DNA of 63,061 bases, counting the filler, from Licmophora abbreviata (taxonomy: Eukaryota): NCBI GenBank assembly GCA_900291995.1. It is 11 parts of 11 records of this genome, joined end to end, with 100 filler letters (N's around TTAATTAATTAA, not from the genome) between each part and the next. Parts side by side here need not be neighbours in the genome. Positions count along the whole stretch, not along the records: positions 42,600 to 45,762 come from OLMU01003254.1; positions 45,863 to 48,650 come from OLMU01003257.1; positions 48,751 to 51,321 come from OLMU01003258.1; positions 51,422 to 59,514 come from OLMU01003259.1; 7 more parts are not named here. One strand, written 5' to 3'. Below, one piece after another: positions 43,901 through 56,368 of this stretch (the first letter of the stretch is position 1; each line of letters begins with the position of its first letter). The position numbers were made by a program, and so were the translations under genes. The notes under the pieces are model-generated. The model was given only the letters and a program-made list of their open reading frames with translations. It made no database searches and was not told where the DNA came from.

Positions 43901-45762
43901 CAAAGAGTAACGCAAGGAGGAAAAGAAAGAAAATGTCAAAGGTCTTGATACCTTGCAAGCTTGTCCATTTCACCCGCGGCAGACCGGACTGACTTAGCCA
44001 CTCTTCGCCCGGAAACGTTCCGAGTTCCGTCGTGCCATCCTCGTTCGGAATAGAGATGCCCTCTAGCTGTCTCCCTTCAAACTCATTGATCATGATTCCC
44101 TCAAAGGCATACGACGCCGGAGTAACCCAGGACATCCACCGGAGAACCCAAGGAACTGATGCGTAGTCGGGCATGAAACCAGCGACCGTACCAAAGATGA
44201 TGAGCAAGACGCTGGACCATGAGTTTGCGTAGACTTGTTTGCGGGAGAGGGCACACAGCAAACGGCCGAATGCCTGTCCACAAAATTCAAGCGCTACGAG
44301 CGTCCCAAGAAAGAAGAAGAAACGATTCGCAGCTGGCTGAAGTCCGACCCAAAAGTACGAGATGGAAGCCAGGAGGATCGCCTCAATGAGAGAAAGAGGA
44401 ATGTCCAGCATCACTTGCGTAATGTAAGCGACACGGCCGGAATAAAATTCCGCCGAACGATGTTTGAAGAGCGTGACGCGTTCGCGAAAGGTCCCAGGAA
44501 TGGTGATTGCAGAACTCAGCATAAGCACCAAGAAGCAATGCAAGAAGAGGTATCCAGTCCTTGCCAGCGAGCCAGCAAAGTTGTAGCGTAACTGCGAAAA
44601 GAGCGACCCAATAATTAGACCAAAAAGAGCGGCAATCATAACTCGTGTATACGTGACGGCATTGCGGGCAATCAACTTGAGGCGGCGATTTCCAATGACA
44701 TGGAACTGATAGACCCAGTTGGATGCGTATTTGGTATCAGGAAGGAGATTGTGGATGTTGCGATCTTCAGGTTTGGATGGAGCTTGTTTGCTGATGTCCT
44801 CGAGGCGCTGCACCATTTCCTTGTGCGCTGCGCTCGCCAAGAAGCGCTCCCTCGACTCGGCGGTAGCGTGAGTGAGAACCAAGTCGCAGATTGATCCAGA
44901 ATCGACCGAAGGGTCTTCGTCTTCTCCCAGAAACACTTGTTGGAGAACTCCGCGATCAGGCGAGCCAAAATACATCATTTCTCCCTCATCGCTCAAGACC
45001 ATGATCTTGTCAAACATCTGGACGATTTCATCGGAAGGCTGCGAAAGCGATATCATGGCGCCAAGGCGATACAAAGGACAGGCATTGGACAGCTTCTCGA
45101 TGAGCTTGAAGGAATCTTCGGATGACAGACCATCGGTAATTTTTTCCAAGCCCAAGAATGAGCTGTTATCGCCCATGAGCATCTCGCCCACAGTGACACG
45201 TCTCTTTTGCCCCCCACTGACACCTCGTAGATTTTCATCTCCTACAACAGTGTCCGCGACGTGCGCCAAGTCAAGGTTCTCTAGGATTTCATCTGTCATC
45301 TGGTCGATGGCCTCCTTGGTCTTATTCTTGGTGACACAGCACTGGGCAGCGAAGTGTAGGGTTTCCTTGACGGTCAGCACGGCGGCGTGTGTGGTGTCAC
45401 TGGGAGACACGTAGGAAGCAAGTCGACGCCATCCTTGAGATTCTTGCTGGGAAATAGGACATCCATTGACCAAGATGCTTCCCTCGCACTCTAGCTGGTC
45501 CGCCCCCGCCACCAAGCGTCCCGTCATGGCTTGAATCAAGGTAGACGAAGTCAACTGATTACCACTCAGTACAAGAAGCATTTCTCCTGTCTGAACGTAG
45601 CCAGACACATTTTGCAGACAGTTAAAGGCGTCTTGCTTGGTCATAGCAGCACCAAGATAGTCTTGAAGGTAATGTTGGAAGGGGCGGCAAAGTGCAGCCG
45701 AGCAACGCGGTTTGCGAGCAGGGACACGCACGGAAAGATCTTCAAAGGAAAGGTGCAGCTGC
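40932..45762 (-). CDS. Full-size ABCG (PDR-type) transporter; 5' end in gap; introns 42003-42080 and 41753-41823; frameshift near 43231; linker at 42500-42599
   Basis: NBD-TMD-NBD-TMD order; VSGGQKRRV, GTSGAGKTT, LFADEPTTGL and TIHQPS motifs. Confidence 0.93.
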
Positions 45763-45862
45763 NNNNNNNNNNNNNNNNNNNNNNNNNNNNNNNNNNNNNN
45801 NNNNNNTTAATTAATTAANNNNNNNNNNNNNNNNNNNNNNNNNNNNNNNNNNNNNNNNNNNN

Positions 45863-46668
45863 GGAAGGATAAAGGCAGCCGTCTTTCCACTGCCAGTCAC
45901 GGCGCTTGCACAAATGTCGCGGCCCGCTAGAGCGACTGGAACAACGGACGCTTGAATCGGTGTTGGTCGAACAAAGCCCATGGCTGCAACCCCTCGCAGC
46001 AGTGGGCGTGAAAGAGTAAGCTGCGAGAACACTTCAATATCATCGACAGGCCCTAAAGACTTGTGAGTATCAAAGTATGCCGCTGCCTTGGCTGCTTCCG
46101 CTTGGTCTTCGTCCTCTGAGGACACATCGTCTTCCTCTTCGTTCCCCATCCTTGTCTTGAGAACATCTGTTTCGAGTTCTGTGGCGTTCGCGTCATTCTC
46201 GTCTTCTTCAGAACTGTCATCGTCAGTGCTGTCGTCTGAGCTACTTCCGTCGCTACTCCCGCTACTCCCATCAGAGTCGCTGGCTTCTGCTTCCTCTCCC
46301 TCGTCTTGAGCTTTGTCGGACTCGTCGTCCTGGTTCGAACTCGACTCGGTAGCTGGATCCTTCTTCTTGCTGTCGATCTTGAGCGCTTTTCTTTTCGCAG
46401 CAATTAATGACGCCACATCCATACGAGGCACGGCAGTGGACATGCGCGTAGCATCGTTCTTCTCTAGTGATTCCAATGCTGTTTCGTATGACCAACCCGA
46501 TGCCTCGCCTCGACTACTCCACGTGCCGCCATCCTCTCCGAGAATGCCGCCGAATTCCAAATCTGCGTCCACTTCATCACCACTGCTGCTGTCATCATCG
46601 GCTAGAGTGCTTCTTGATGGGGAGTTATCTTCCTCGTCCGAGGAGAGAGAAGGCAAAAGTGTCGCCAT
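45863..46668 (-). CDS. DDX27: DEAD-box RNA helicase DDX27/Drs1, N-terminal part (rest in gap)
   Basis: Acidic N-terminus, then LSRPLLRG...GFVRPTPIQ...GRDICASAVTGSGKTAAF. Confidence 0.85.
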
Positions 46669-46931
46669 GGTACAAATGAGTGCTATCTTTCGAAAAAGTG
46701 GAAGATTTGGCGGGAAAAATGTGATGTGCCTTGAGGATTTTGAACTTTGGATGGACGCGGCGAGAGTTGAGGTATTCGAATACTTTAGATTCCGGATTCC
46801 AATTTCTAAACCCGGAGATTTTTTACGAAATATTTGAACGATTCTTCGTGTTTTGAGCCAGATCAGCCTGTCATTGTACAGTCAGCCTCTATAATATGCC
46901 GTTAAGGTGCAGACACAGTTGTGAACGGTGT

Positions 46932-49045
46932 CTAACAAGCAACATTTCCCGACGGGTCAAAGAAAATGGCTTCGCATATGCAAAAGTCATCCACACAGCT
47001 GCTTGGAGAGACACAGGTTGCAGCCGCACAGGGAGCAAAGTCGCAGCCCAGCGTCTCACCCCCGGGGCAAGTCGTTCCGCATACTTTTTCGCATCCATTG
47101 TCACTTCCACACTGTACGTATCCATCACAGTCAGTTTCATCAAAGTCATTCTCTGGGTTCTGACAATCCAACGTGTCCTCACACATTCCGATGTCACGGC
47201 AGTAGCCTCGAGAGCAGTATTGATCCTCGCCGCAGTCTTCGCCTGAGTTACACTTGGGAAGCTTTTCTTCGTCACATATCTGGTTTCCAGCTGTATCGAA
47301 GTGAATCGCATTACAGCCCCCACAGTAGTTGTCCACGCATGAAAAGCCGTCTGGACAGGTCGACACCTCGCACGGGTTGGCGAACCCGAGACATTCGACC
47401 TGGTCGTCATTGGGACAAGGCGGCTCATTGCAATCGATCCCACATTGTTCATCAAAACAAGTGACCAAGCCGACACATTCGATTGAGATATATTCGTTCG
47501 ATGGATTTGTGCAGTCGAGGGCGTCCTCGCACGATCCATGCGCACGACACACGCCTTTGGCGCAGAATTGCCCTTCTCCGCAGTCCTTGTTGGCGTCGCA
47601 TGAAGGACAAGGAAGCGCTCCCCATACACAAGCTCCAGCTTGAAAGTCCCACTCGCAAACACTCCCGTATCCAGTCACGGTAACTCCGTCTGGGCAGAGG
47701 AAGGGTGCACCTGGGGGCGGAGGTCCACAATCAGCAAGCTCGCATTCCGGCTGTGGGTCTGTGATATCTGGGCCGCACGCCACATTACCCGCGGCGTCAA
47801 AGAAGATGGCGTTGCACCCACCGCAGTAGTAGTCAACACATGATACACTTGGGTTGCCACACCGACTCACGGCACACGCCGAAGAAAAACACTCGGCTGG
47901 CTCGAGATCTGGGGGGCAAAGGCGGTCAGGGCATTGCATGCCGCACTGTCCAGCCTCGCATTGCAAGTAGCCAATGCAATCGTCTGTGGGGTAGACATTG
48001 GCAGGATTCAGACAATCGTTCAATTCCGCACACGTTCCAGCAGCGCGACATTCTCCTTTGGAGCAGAATGTTTCCCCAGCACAGTCGTCGTCGCTCGCAC
48101 ATTCCGGGCACTGGACAAACTCCCAGCGATAGATACCAGATTCCTCGGTGCAATCTCCCGGTCCTGCCATAGTGACCCCGTCCTGACAAAGATAGTTCGG
48201 GGCCGACGGACGTGCTCCACATCTACTCATCGCCGATTCCGAGGGCATGCAGTAGGCGATGAACCCATCCCAATAGGTTCCCTGGGCGTCATTGCAACAG
48301 TCAGATTCGCAGCATGCATACTGAGGATCGCAGTTGGGATTGTAATCATCCGAATACTCTCCGGTCCAACCTTCTGACGATAGATCGAGGACACACTTCT
48401 GCACCTGTGAGTCCCACGATGTGCCCTTGCCACAACAGTCTTCTACACAACAGCTCTTGGTGTACAAGCAGACACCTTCATCGCGTTCGTCTGCAGTCGC
48501 TTCCTCCAAGAGCGCCAAGTCTTCCTCAGCATTTGAAATAACTTTGGAACGCCCCAGACCGTCCACCTGCTCTGAAGTGCCACAGAGATCTGAAGCAGGA
48601 CTTGTCCATACGACATAGGTTTCTGAATCTGTAAACGTGAATCCACAGAGNNNNNNNNNNNNNNNNNNNNNNNNNNNNNNNNNNNNNNNNNNNNTTAATT
48701 AATTAANNNNNNNNNNNNNNNNNNNNNNNNNNNNNNNNNNNNNNNNNNNNCTGAATCTGTAAACGTGAATCCACAGAGTGCTGAGTTGCTGGCAGTCGAA
48801 ACAGTGACGCTATCGCCTCGAATGGTGTCGCCCTTGAACGTCGTCAGGACAGTGAGCGTGACGTTCACACAAAATCCCTGGTCGAACTCATTCTCATAGT
48901 TCTGAATCTCGGCCACAGTTCCTACGAAGATGCTAGAGGCGCTCTCGAAGGAATCTTCAAAGGGAGGTGGCCAGTCCGGACCCGGTGAACAGGCCAAGGA
49001 AAGCTGGACGAAGGCGGCAAGCACCAGTAGCAGTTTCAAAAGCAT
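46932..49045 (-). CDS. Secreted protein: TIMP/NTR-like domain + Cys-rich tandem repeats (about 661 aa after removing the linker and 28-nt overlap)
   Basis: Signal peptide, ACSP...IFVGTV...TFKG...SALCGFTF; overlap 48623-48650 = 48751-48778 joins in frame. Confidence 0.78.
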
Positions 49046-49460
49046 TGCTCAGTTACTTCAGAGGTTTTAACTGTGACTCCCGACTTCTCGTCGAGCTGGG
49101 TCAGTGACAAACCTGTCGAGGCTTGAACTCAGGACGTCAAGGCAATCAATGCGCCTTCTGGCGGGCTTTGTGTGCTTGACAAGATTGATGTCTGATGTGT
49201 GTGCATTGTGCGCATTCCTGTGTGTTCTCTTGGGCGTTCTCAGGTCACGAGCGTCCGATTCTGTCATAAATGTCGTTGATCCAGATACTGTTGACGTCAA
49301 TGTGACGTCGATAGTCCCTTCACGACAACATCGAAAAGCGAAGGCTTGTATGATGACGAGATAGATGCAAGATGCAGCTTACCAGTGTAATAGTTCATGA
49401 CGTACTCGTGTCGTCTACTCGTTGTAGACAGCTGACGGGATTTTACTTGGTAAACTGAGG

Positions 49461-51149
49461 CTATGAGTACCGGAAGACAGACTTGCCTCCGACATCGTCA
49501 GCAAGAATCTCTCCCGTACGCTTGGAAAACTCTTCGGCGAAGGCCTCCTTCATCATTTTCTTCTGGATCCGTGCTATTTGTCTCTCTTGTTTCACCATGA
49601 GCTTTCTGGTTTTCTTCTCCGCCTTTGTTTCGTTCTTGTTTCGTGCCTCACCCAGATTCACGCTGTTGATGGTATCGTCGCCTTCGTAGTACTGCGTGCC
49701 CGATGCAAGCACCGGCAGACCTGTCTTGCGGGAGAGCTGGATCCGTTCGGGTTCGTCTTCTGGAATGGAGGACTCAGGTGATACCCTCTTCTTCTTCATT
49801 TTCGTGTGCCTTCTACTTTCGATTGTCACGGGATTGTTATCCAGGTTGGAGTATGTCGTAAGGATGGACTCGCAGTCCCAAGGATTCCTCGACCGCTCTG
49901 AAAAGTAGGATTTTCCGTCAATTAAGACCTCTTCTGGTGGTGGCTCCATTTCGGGGTTCGCCAAGACTTGACTTGCGTCTGCTAGAATCTCTTGTACCGG
50001 AATAGCTTTATCGTCGACCTGTAAACTGTCCAGATCGGCTGCAGGAACCATGCTCTTGTCGACAAGAGCTGCAAACCCACTCCCGCCGTGCTTTCGGGTC
50101 AAATGCCGTGTTCCTTCCATGAAAATCTCATCCTTCTTTTCCACGAGAAACTCTTCGAGTGCAGCTTCGACGTGTGCATCGCCTTCTAATGGGCGGGCGC
50201 CACGAATATCTTCGCACTCAGAATCCAGATCACCCATATCGTCGGAATCATATTCTAGCAGGGTCTCTTCAAACTTTTCACACAAAGCTCGTTCCTCGTC
50301 CGGACTCAGCGCCGAGACGACACCGAGTGTCGTCGTCGGTTCTTCTCCCAGGTCAAACTCGTCGTGATCACTTTCATCGTCATTGACCTGTAACGCCGTC
50401 TGCTTCTCAAAGAAATCAACGTCGTTCTTGCCCCAGTTGTGCTGTTCCATCGGCACACCCACATCTAGCTCTCCGCGGTCTTGTTTCGCCGCCCGTTCCA
50501 TCAAACTGCGAATATGCGCATCGTAGTCAAACTCGGCCTCTGCCTCTTCTTCTTCGGGTTCCTCGGCCGCCGTCATACAAAAATCATCCAAGATTTCTTC
50601 AAAGTTTCCCCCGTCGAAATCTCCAAACAAAGCTTGAGCAATATCGTCGTCCATGCAATCGGCCGTTAGCGCAATCGACTCGAGCTGACGAGAAACTTCC
50701 TTAACGTCGGATGTAGCGGCACTGGTATCTGGCCCTTCTTCCAATACAACATGCGATCGAGCATCCTGTAGGGCACGGTCGTCGTGGACCTGGCGTCCAG
50801 AGGCTGCATCAACAAAGGCTCCTGTACCGGTGATTGGCTTCATATGCTTTTCATAGTCATACTCGTCCACCAGTCCAAGTTGATTCATTTGTTCCTTCCA
50901 GCGCGTCAGTTTAGAGCTACTGCCGCCAGTTGAAGTTTGCAATACTTTTTCATTGGTCTCAGGCCGATTGTCGGGGCTCGGCCAGAGAATGACGCGACTG
51001 GCAGGAGTGCTATTGCTTGTGGTGACGCCGGAGCCATCCCCGTGCTCACTATCGTTCTCCACATCACCGACGTCACGTTGACTGCGATGCAGCAAGTGAA
51101 ACGTGGACGAATGCTTCTTGTCGATAAATGGCTTCTTGCTCTTGCCCAT
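49461..51149 (-). CDS. LTV1: 40S ribosome biogenesis factor LTV1
   Basis: MGKSKKPFIDKK...FHLLHRSQRD, YDYEKHMK and WDCESILTTYSNLDNNP. Confidence 0.92.
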   Translation of the reverse strand: MGKSKKPFIDKKHSSTFHLLHRSQRDVGDVENDSEHGDGSGVTTSNSTPASRVILWPSPDNRPETNEKVLQTSTGGSSSKLTRWKEQMNQLGLVDEYDYEKHMKPITGTGAFVDAASGRQVHDDRALQDARSHVVLEEGPDTSAATSDVKEVSRQLESIALTADCMDDDIAQALFGDFDGGNFEEILDDFCMTAAEEPEEEEAEAEFDYDAHIRSLMERAAKQDRGELDVGVPMEQHNWGKNDVDFFEKQTALQVNDDESDHDEFDLGEEPTTTLGVVSALSPDEERALCEKFEETLLEYDSDDMGDLDSECEDIRGARPLEGDAHVEAALEEFLVEKKDEIFMEGTRHLTRKHGGSGFAALVDKSMVPAADLDSLQVDDKAIPVQEILADASQVLANPEMEPPPEEVLIDGKSYFSERSRNPWDCESILTTYSNLDNNPVTIESRRHTKMKKKRVSPESSIPEDEPERIQLSRKTGLPVLASGTQYYEGDDTINSVNLGEARNKNETKAEKKTRKLMVKQERQIARIQKKMMKEAFAEEFSKRTGEILADDVGGKSVFRYS

Positions 51150-51757
51150 TGTTGCTGGTGGTACGGCGTGGTAGAGATAAGGTTGGACCAACAGCAGCGG
51201 CAACCGCCATGGAGACCAAGGCGCGCGCAAAAATGAAAAGAAAAGAAATCCCTCCAGAAAAAAATGGATGGATGAAATTCAAAAGACGGGTGGTCGTACG
51301 GACGTCAAAGTTCAAAGTTCANNNNNNNNNNNNNNNNNNNNNNNNNNNNNNNNNNNNNNNNNNNNTTAATTAATTAANNNNNNNNNNNNNNNNNNNNNNN
51401 NNNNNNNNNNNNNNNNNNNNNGCCCATTGTTGCTGGTGATACGGCGTGGTAGAGATAAGGTTGGACCAACAGCAGCGGCAACCGCCATGGAGACCAAGGC
51501 GCGCGCAAAAATGAATAGAAATCTTTCCAGAAAAAATGGATGGATGAAATTCAAAAGACGGGTGGTCGTACGGACGTCAAAGTTCACCTCTGAAAACTTG
51601 AAAACTTGAAAAACGTGTTCGTCTCGACGGACCCGACTTCCTTTTAGCTTTTAATACTCGTGGTCTTCATAATAGGTTTACACCTCTGCAGTAGAACTGA
51701 TCACTCTAGACATCCAGGTATGCAATATCTGGATAGCAAATGCTCAACTCAAGCACA

Positions 51758-52327
51758 TCAATACCCGAGCCATTCATCAAACTCTTCGGGGGTCTTTCCT
51801 GTCCTTTCGATAAGTCTTTCCTTTACAATACTCTTCACCTCGTCCACTTCGACCAAACCGTTCTGGATCAAGCCCATTCCGTAGTTGTAAAGATACGCAA
51901 ACTCGCTTTTCACTTCGGATGTTTCTAGGTTCTCCTTGATGTCCCATGCTGTAGGAGCCATTGCACCGGTCTCTGGGTCAGTGTCGTAGCTCATTCCTTG
52001 CTCAATCATGAGCTCATAGACGCGAGAAGCCAACACTGAAGTAGAGGCCCCACTATCACGTGCCTCGACAAGCGCATCGAACTCCGGAGGCAGATCAACT
52101 CCATCGCCGAGATCATCTCGAAACTTAGCAATAAACTCAGTCGCACCCTTGGTAACCCTCTCCTGCATGGTCATCTCGGGCTTGTTGGGCATGGCTGTCG
52201 CAAAATCTGAATCAGAGGCAGACAAGGCAAACGCCCGATGACACTGCTTATGAGGGATCAGTGAAAAGGCATTGGAAGCCACTGCCATCCATAATGGTGC
52301 GACGACAAGGAGGTGGGTGAACCTCAT
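51758..52327 (-). CDS. Hypothetical protein, probably plastid-targeted
   Basis: Signal peptide + SNAFSL; 189-aa ATG ORF ending FDEWLGY. Confidence 0.72.
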   Translation of the reverse strand: MRFTHLLVVAPLWMAVASNAFSLIPHKQCHRAFALSASDSDFATAMPNKPEMTMQERVTKGATEFIAKFRDDLGDGVDLPPEFDALVEARDSGASTSVLASRVYELMIEQGMSYDTDPETGAMAPTAWDIKENLETSEVKSEFAYLYNYGMGLIQNGLVEVDEVKSIVKERLIERTGKTPEEFDEWLGY

Positions 52328-52591
52328 GGCGTGGAGGTAACCGGCGTCAAAAAGTGAGCAGAAGTTGAAGTTTTGGTTGATGGCTGTTGAATCCGGAGAC
52401 GCGTGGATGCACTTTGGCGGGAAGCGGACGAGGGACGGACGAATCCTCTGTCTGTCCTCCTCCCCGCCTAACTAGAGAGTTTTCTAGCGGTATTGCTGTC
52501 GACGATATGATAGCTCTATTTTGTCGAATCAAACTTATGTTACATAAATCACTTGTCTTACATACATACATGCTTCGATCCATTCCTCCAG

Positions 52592-53122
52592 CTAATCAAG
52601 CTTGAGCTTAGAACGGACCTCCATAAAGACACGGTGCAAGACGATGAGAATGGCGGCTCCCACGGCACCGTCAAACAAGCCACCACCATCAGTGCTGACC
52701 GCCACAATGACTGCGGGCGCATGTGACATTTCCAATACGCCCTGGACAAGGGCAGTAATGGCCACAGCGACGTACTCAGTGTACGGAACGTCAACCTTGC
52801 CCATACCGAAGGCAACAGCACCTGCGATGGCGTATCCACTACGTAGGCGAATGTGATAGGTGACAAAGAAAGAATTCTAAGTGAGAGACAAGCGTGGCGC
52901 TTCATGACAGCACAAACGTTGGTAGATAGCTCACCCTACCACAGACTTGAAATCAGCCTCGGCCCTGGATCCGAAGATCATGACAGCAGTTGCGGCAAGG
53001 GGGGCCGCAAGGCATCCGACCTGATCGACCTTGGAAAGCAACTTCTCGTCAGCCAAAGCCAACAGAAAGAGGGAAAGAGCCGCACCTGCAGCTCCAAGAA
53101 GAGCGTCCTTGTCCAAGCCCAT
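52592..53122 (-). CDS. Divergent HPP-family small membrane protein; intron 52839-52934
   Basis: APLAATAVMIFG and SHAPA motifs; 4-5 TM; splice gives VVG|GYAIAG. Confidence 0.6.
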
Positions 53123-53631
53123 GATGAAAGTGCTATGATATGGATCCTAATGAGCGCTGATCGTTGTCCCAAGTTGGAGAGCATTGGTGACACCAAGACA
53201 CAATTCTTCTGACACCCTTCCAAGTTTGAAACGCGAGGGAGCGAGTCATGCGTCATATCGTCGTCATCACCTCCGGGTGTACTCGTCCGTCCGTCTGAAC
53301 GCTCTCGCGCCCGGCGACAACTGAAAACAGCTCGGGCATGCCCGGAGCATGCCGAAGACCATCTCATCACTGCTTGTCGTCTCCGCGAAGCTATTCGATC
53401 GTCCTGGACGATCCATCTTGTTCATCTCACATCCTAGTCTTATACCCAAGCAGGGTCGAGGCGATTTTCGAATTTTTTGATCCAGAAAAGTCAGCCTCTT
53501 ACCAAAGAAATTATATACGAAGTACCTGTTACCAGTTAGCTCAGTCGGCACTCGGCACTCGGCTTGAAATCCCATCAGATCCTTTTCACCACTGCATGCC
53601 ACCAAGCCTTCTCCTCACATTCATTTTCGCA

Positions 53632-54567
53632 ATGAGTTTTGTATCTTCTTCTGCCTACAAGGCTGCCATAGCATCAGCGTCCTCTTCGATTGCCGTCGTG
53701 ACGGGTGGCAAATCGGGCATTGGCTTGGCGCTAGCCAAGAGGATTGCTTCGTTTCCCTCGGTCGACAGTGTCATTGCCGTCTCTCGAAGTATTACGGCGA
53801 GTGACACGGCAAGCGAACCCAAGATTGTGCCATTGGCAGCCGATGTTTCGACCGAGCAAGGTCGCAATCTGATCGTGGATCAAGTCAAGCGACTCTGTCA
53901 TGAAAACAATGGTGCGCCTACAAAACAGCTTCGATTCTTGGTTCATGCAGCGGGTACCATTGAACCTATCAAGTCTGTTCTTGAAATTCGACCAGAGGAG
54001 CTTAGGCATGCCATGATGGTCAACTGTGAAGCTCCTTTGTTGTTGACGACTGCACTCTATCCGTTCATGCATCCTATTGACGACAGTAGTGTTCCGGGTC
54101 GAGTCTTGCATGTTTCTTCGGGTGCCGCCCACGGCGCTCCGCCGGTTGGCTGGGGTGTCTATGGCGTTACCAAGGCGGCCTTCTTTCAATCCTTCAAGGT
54201 ACTTGAACGTGAGTTTCGTGATGCCGGTGGAAAAGTGGTAGTGGGATCCTTCAAGCCGGGTGTTGTCGATACGGCCATGCAAGGGACGATTCGAAGTGCA
54301 CCACAAGATGCGATGCCGGTTGTTCAGAACTTCAAGAACATGAAGGAGAAAGCAGAGAAGATAGAGTCGAGCATTGTAGACAAGGCGATGCCTCCTCCGA
54401 AGGGTGCATTGGACCGACCTGAGAATGTTGCGTTCTTTGCTGAGTTTTTGTTGTTGGGTACGACTGATGAAGAGTTTGCCAATGCCGATGATCCGAACGA
54501 GTATGACATTCGGAACGCTAGTCTGCATCCTCTTTGGATTCCAGAAGAGAACCTGCCAAAAGAGTGA
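53632..54567 (+). CDS. SDR, sepiapterin/benzil reductase-like
   Basis: TGGKSGIG, VSSGAAH, YGVTK and PGVVDTAMQ. Confidence 0.88.
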   Translation: MSFVSSSAYKAAIASASSSIAVVTGGKSGIGLALAKRIASFPSVDSVIAVSRSITASDTASEPKIVPLAADVSTEQGRNLIVDQVKRLCHENNGAPTKQLRFLVHAAGTIEPIKSVLEIRPEELRHAMMVNCEAPLLLTTALYPFMHPIDDSSVPGRVLHVSSGAAHGAPPVGWGVYGVTKAAFFQSFKVLEREFRDAGGKVVVGSFKPGVVDTAMQGTIRSAPQDAMPVVQNFKNMKEKAEKIESSIVDKAMPPPKGALDRPENVAFFAEFLLLGTTDEEFANADDPNEYDIRNASLHPLWIPEENLPKE

Positions 54568-54737
54568 AGAGCACGACGGTGGTCTGGGCTATTCTTGGTC
54601 ATGGCTCTGAGGCGGGCCAGTGTGTGTGAAGTTCAGAATCGAACCATGGTGAAGACTAGTGCAATGAAGAGCGTGCTTGCTCATATTCTGCATCCTTTCA
54701 CTTATATTATACCACAAGTCATACTTATCTCTTCACA

Positions 54738-56037
54738 TTACACACTCCGCACCTTGCTGTCGTTTCGACTCGGTGCACACTCCTTTTGGTGTAGCTCGCA
54801 GCTGATCAGCGTCGGTGCTCGCATGGCATCCAATCGATGAATGCGAATCGATCCCAACATCTGTTCTGGTAGCTCTTCCTCCGAATTCCCTTGAATGACG
54901 AATCCCACATCGACCGTCAATGCATTCAAATACCGGCGACACATGCTCACAATTCGTTTCGCCGTTTTGCTGCTACTTCCAATATCCAAATCAGCTTCCA
55001 AGTAGCAACACCCGCGCTCCGAGGCTTCGGCGTGTGTGTAGGAAACGGGGAGTTTTTTCCCAATGATTGCGGGTTTGCCCGTGACCATGTTGCGGACAAT
55101 CCAGGGTCCAGATGCAACGTAGGGAACGAGCTTGAGTCGCTCGTTGCGGTACTCGTCGTCGCCCATGAAAAATTTGGCCAGGGTCCGTTCGGCAGGAGTC
55201 AGGTTGTCAAGTGTTGGCGGGGCGGGCGACAGGTACGGAGTCAATTTCTCTGGAATTTGGTAATAGTGGACGAGGATGCCCCAGGGAAGGCGGAAATTGA
55301 TAATGAATGTTGGTGCGGCGCGCAAGTGACCTCCAAAGACGCAGGGGTTTCTGATTGAGATAAGAGAAGAGAGTGCATGAAGTCAGAAAACATTTGGATG
55401 AGCAGCCACACACCACTCGTATTTCTGTTCATATCTCTTCTACTCACGCTCCAATATTCCTCGTCAGATTCGTTGTCTCCTTAGACTTTTCGTCAATCAG
55501 GAGTAAATCGCATCCCCGAGCTCGCATTAGAAAGGGCCCCGAGGATACCTTCTTATGATCCTTCAAATACCCCGCTCCTCGGACATGAAAAATGTCGACA
55601 CCCGGTTCGCTCCAGCAATTGCGGTCCTGGGTTTCGGCGCACGGGAAGCGCGGGAGGACGGGGAGGCCACCCGATCTAACGCCCGGCATGAGCGTGTCTT
55701 CGTTGTCACTGCCCCCATCGAGTGGGTCGCTCATGGCCCGCGTGTGTGTAGGACGCAAATTGCCCCGTTGGGCATCGTAGTCCGCGTCTTGTGCCAGGAG
55801 CACGGCGGCAGCAGAGGATTCTGGGGCGCCATTGTGAGGATAGCCGTTGACGTAGGAGTTGTCGATGCTGTTGGGAATGAGGAGGGGAGGAGAGACGCTG
55901 CCAGAACTGCGAGTTCTAGCGGATTCCTCGTGCTCCAGTGTCACGCGTCGCAGCGATCGTTCGGTCGAGCGAGCACGGGGACCGGGAGAATGAACTGTCG
56001 TTTCCTTTCGCAGGGAAAGGCTGGTGCGGCGAGGCAT
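54738..56037 (-). CDS. EDR2 C-terminal (DUF1336) domain protein; intron 55351-55447
   Basis: WSEP...FHVRGAGYLKDHKK, RNERLKLVP...GPWIV and ELPEQMLG. Confidence 0.85.
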
Positions 56038-56368
56038 TGTGTCTGATGACAACGATCAATGATGGATCAGAAAGAAATACCGAAAGGGACAAGGCGAGTT
56101 GAGGTAGTCACCGTTGTGAGTTGTGAATGAGTGTCATCGTCGTTGTCGTTGCGATGACTGAACACTGAACTGGCCGGCCGGCGGTGATGAGACTGTGATT
56201 CTTCTTCGATTAGATCGACTCAACGTCTTGAAAGGAATCGGGAGTTGCAGATTGTTTCTGATAAACAGTCACTTTGGGTCATCATCGCATTGCAACCAAA
56301 GCAGCAAGAGATGCAACAAAAGAGAGGGAGAGCAGAGTGCTGTATTATCGTTTCTCTCTTCTTTCACA

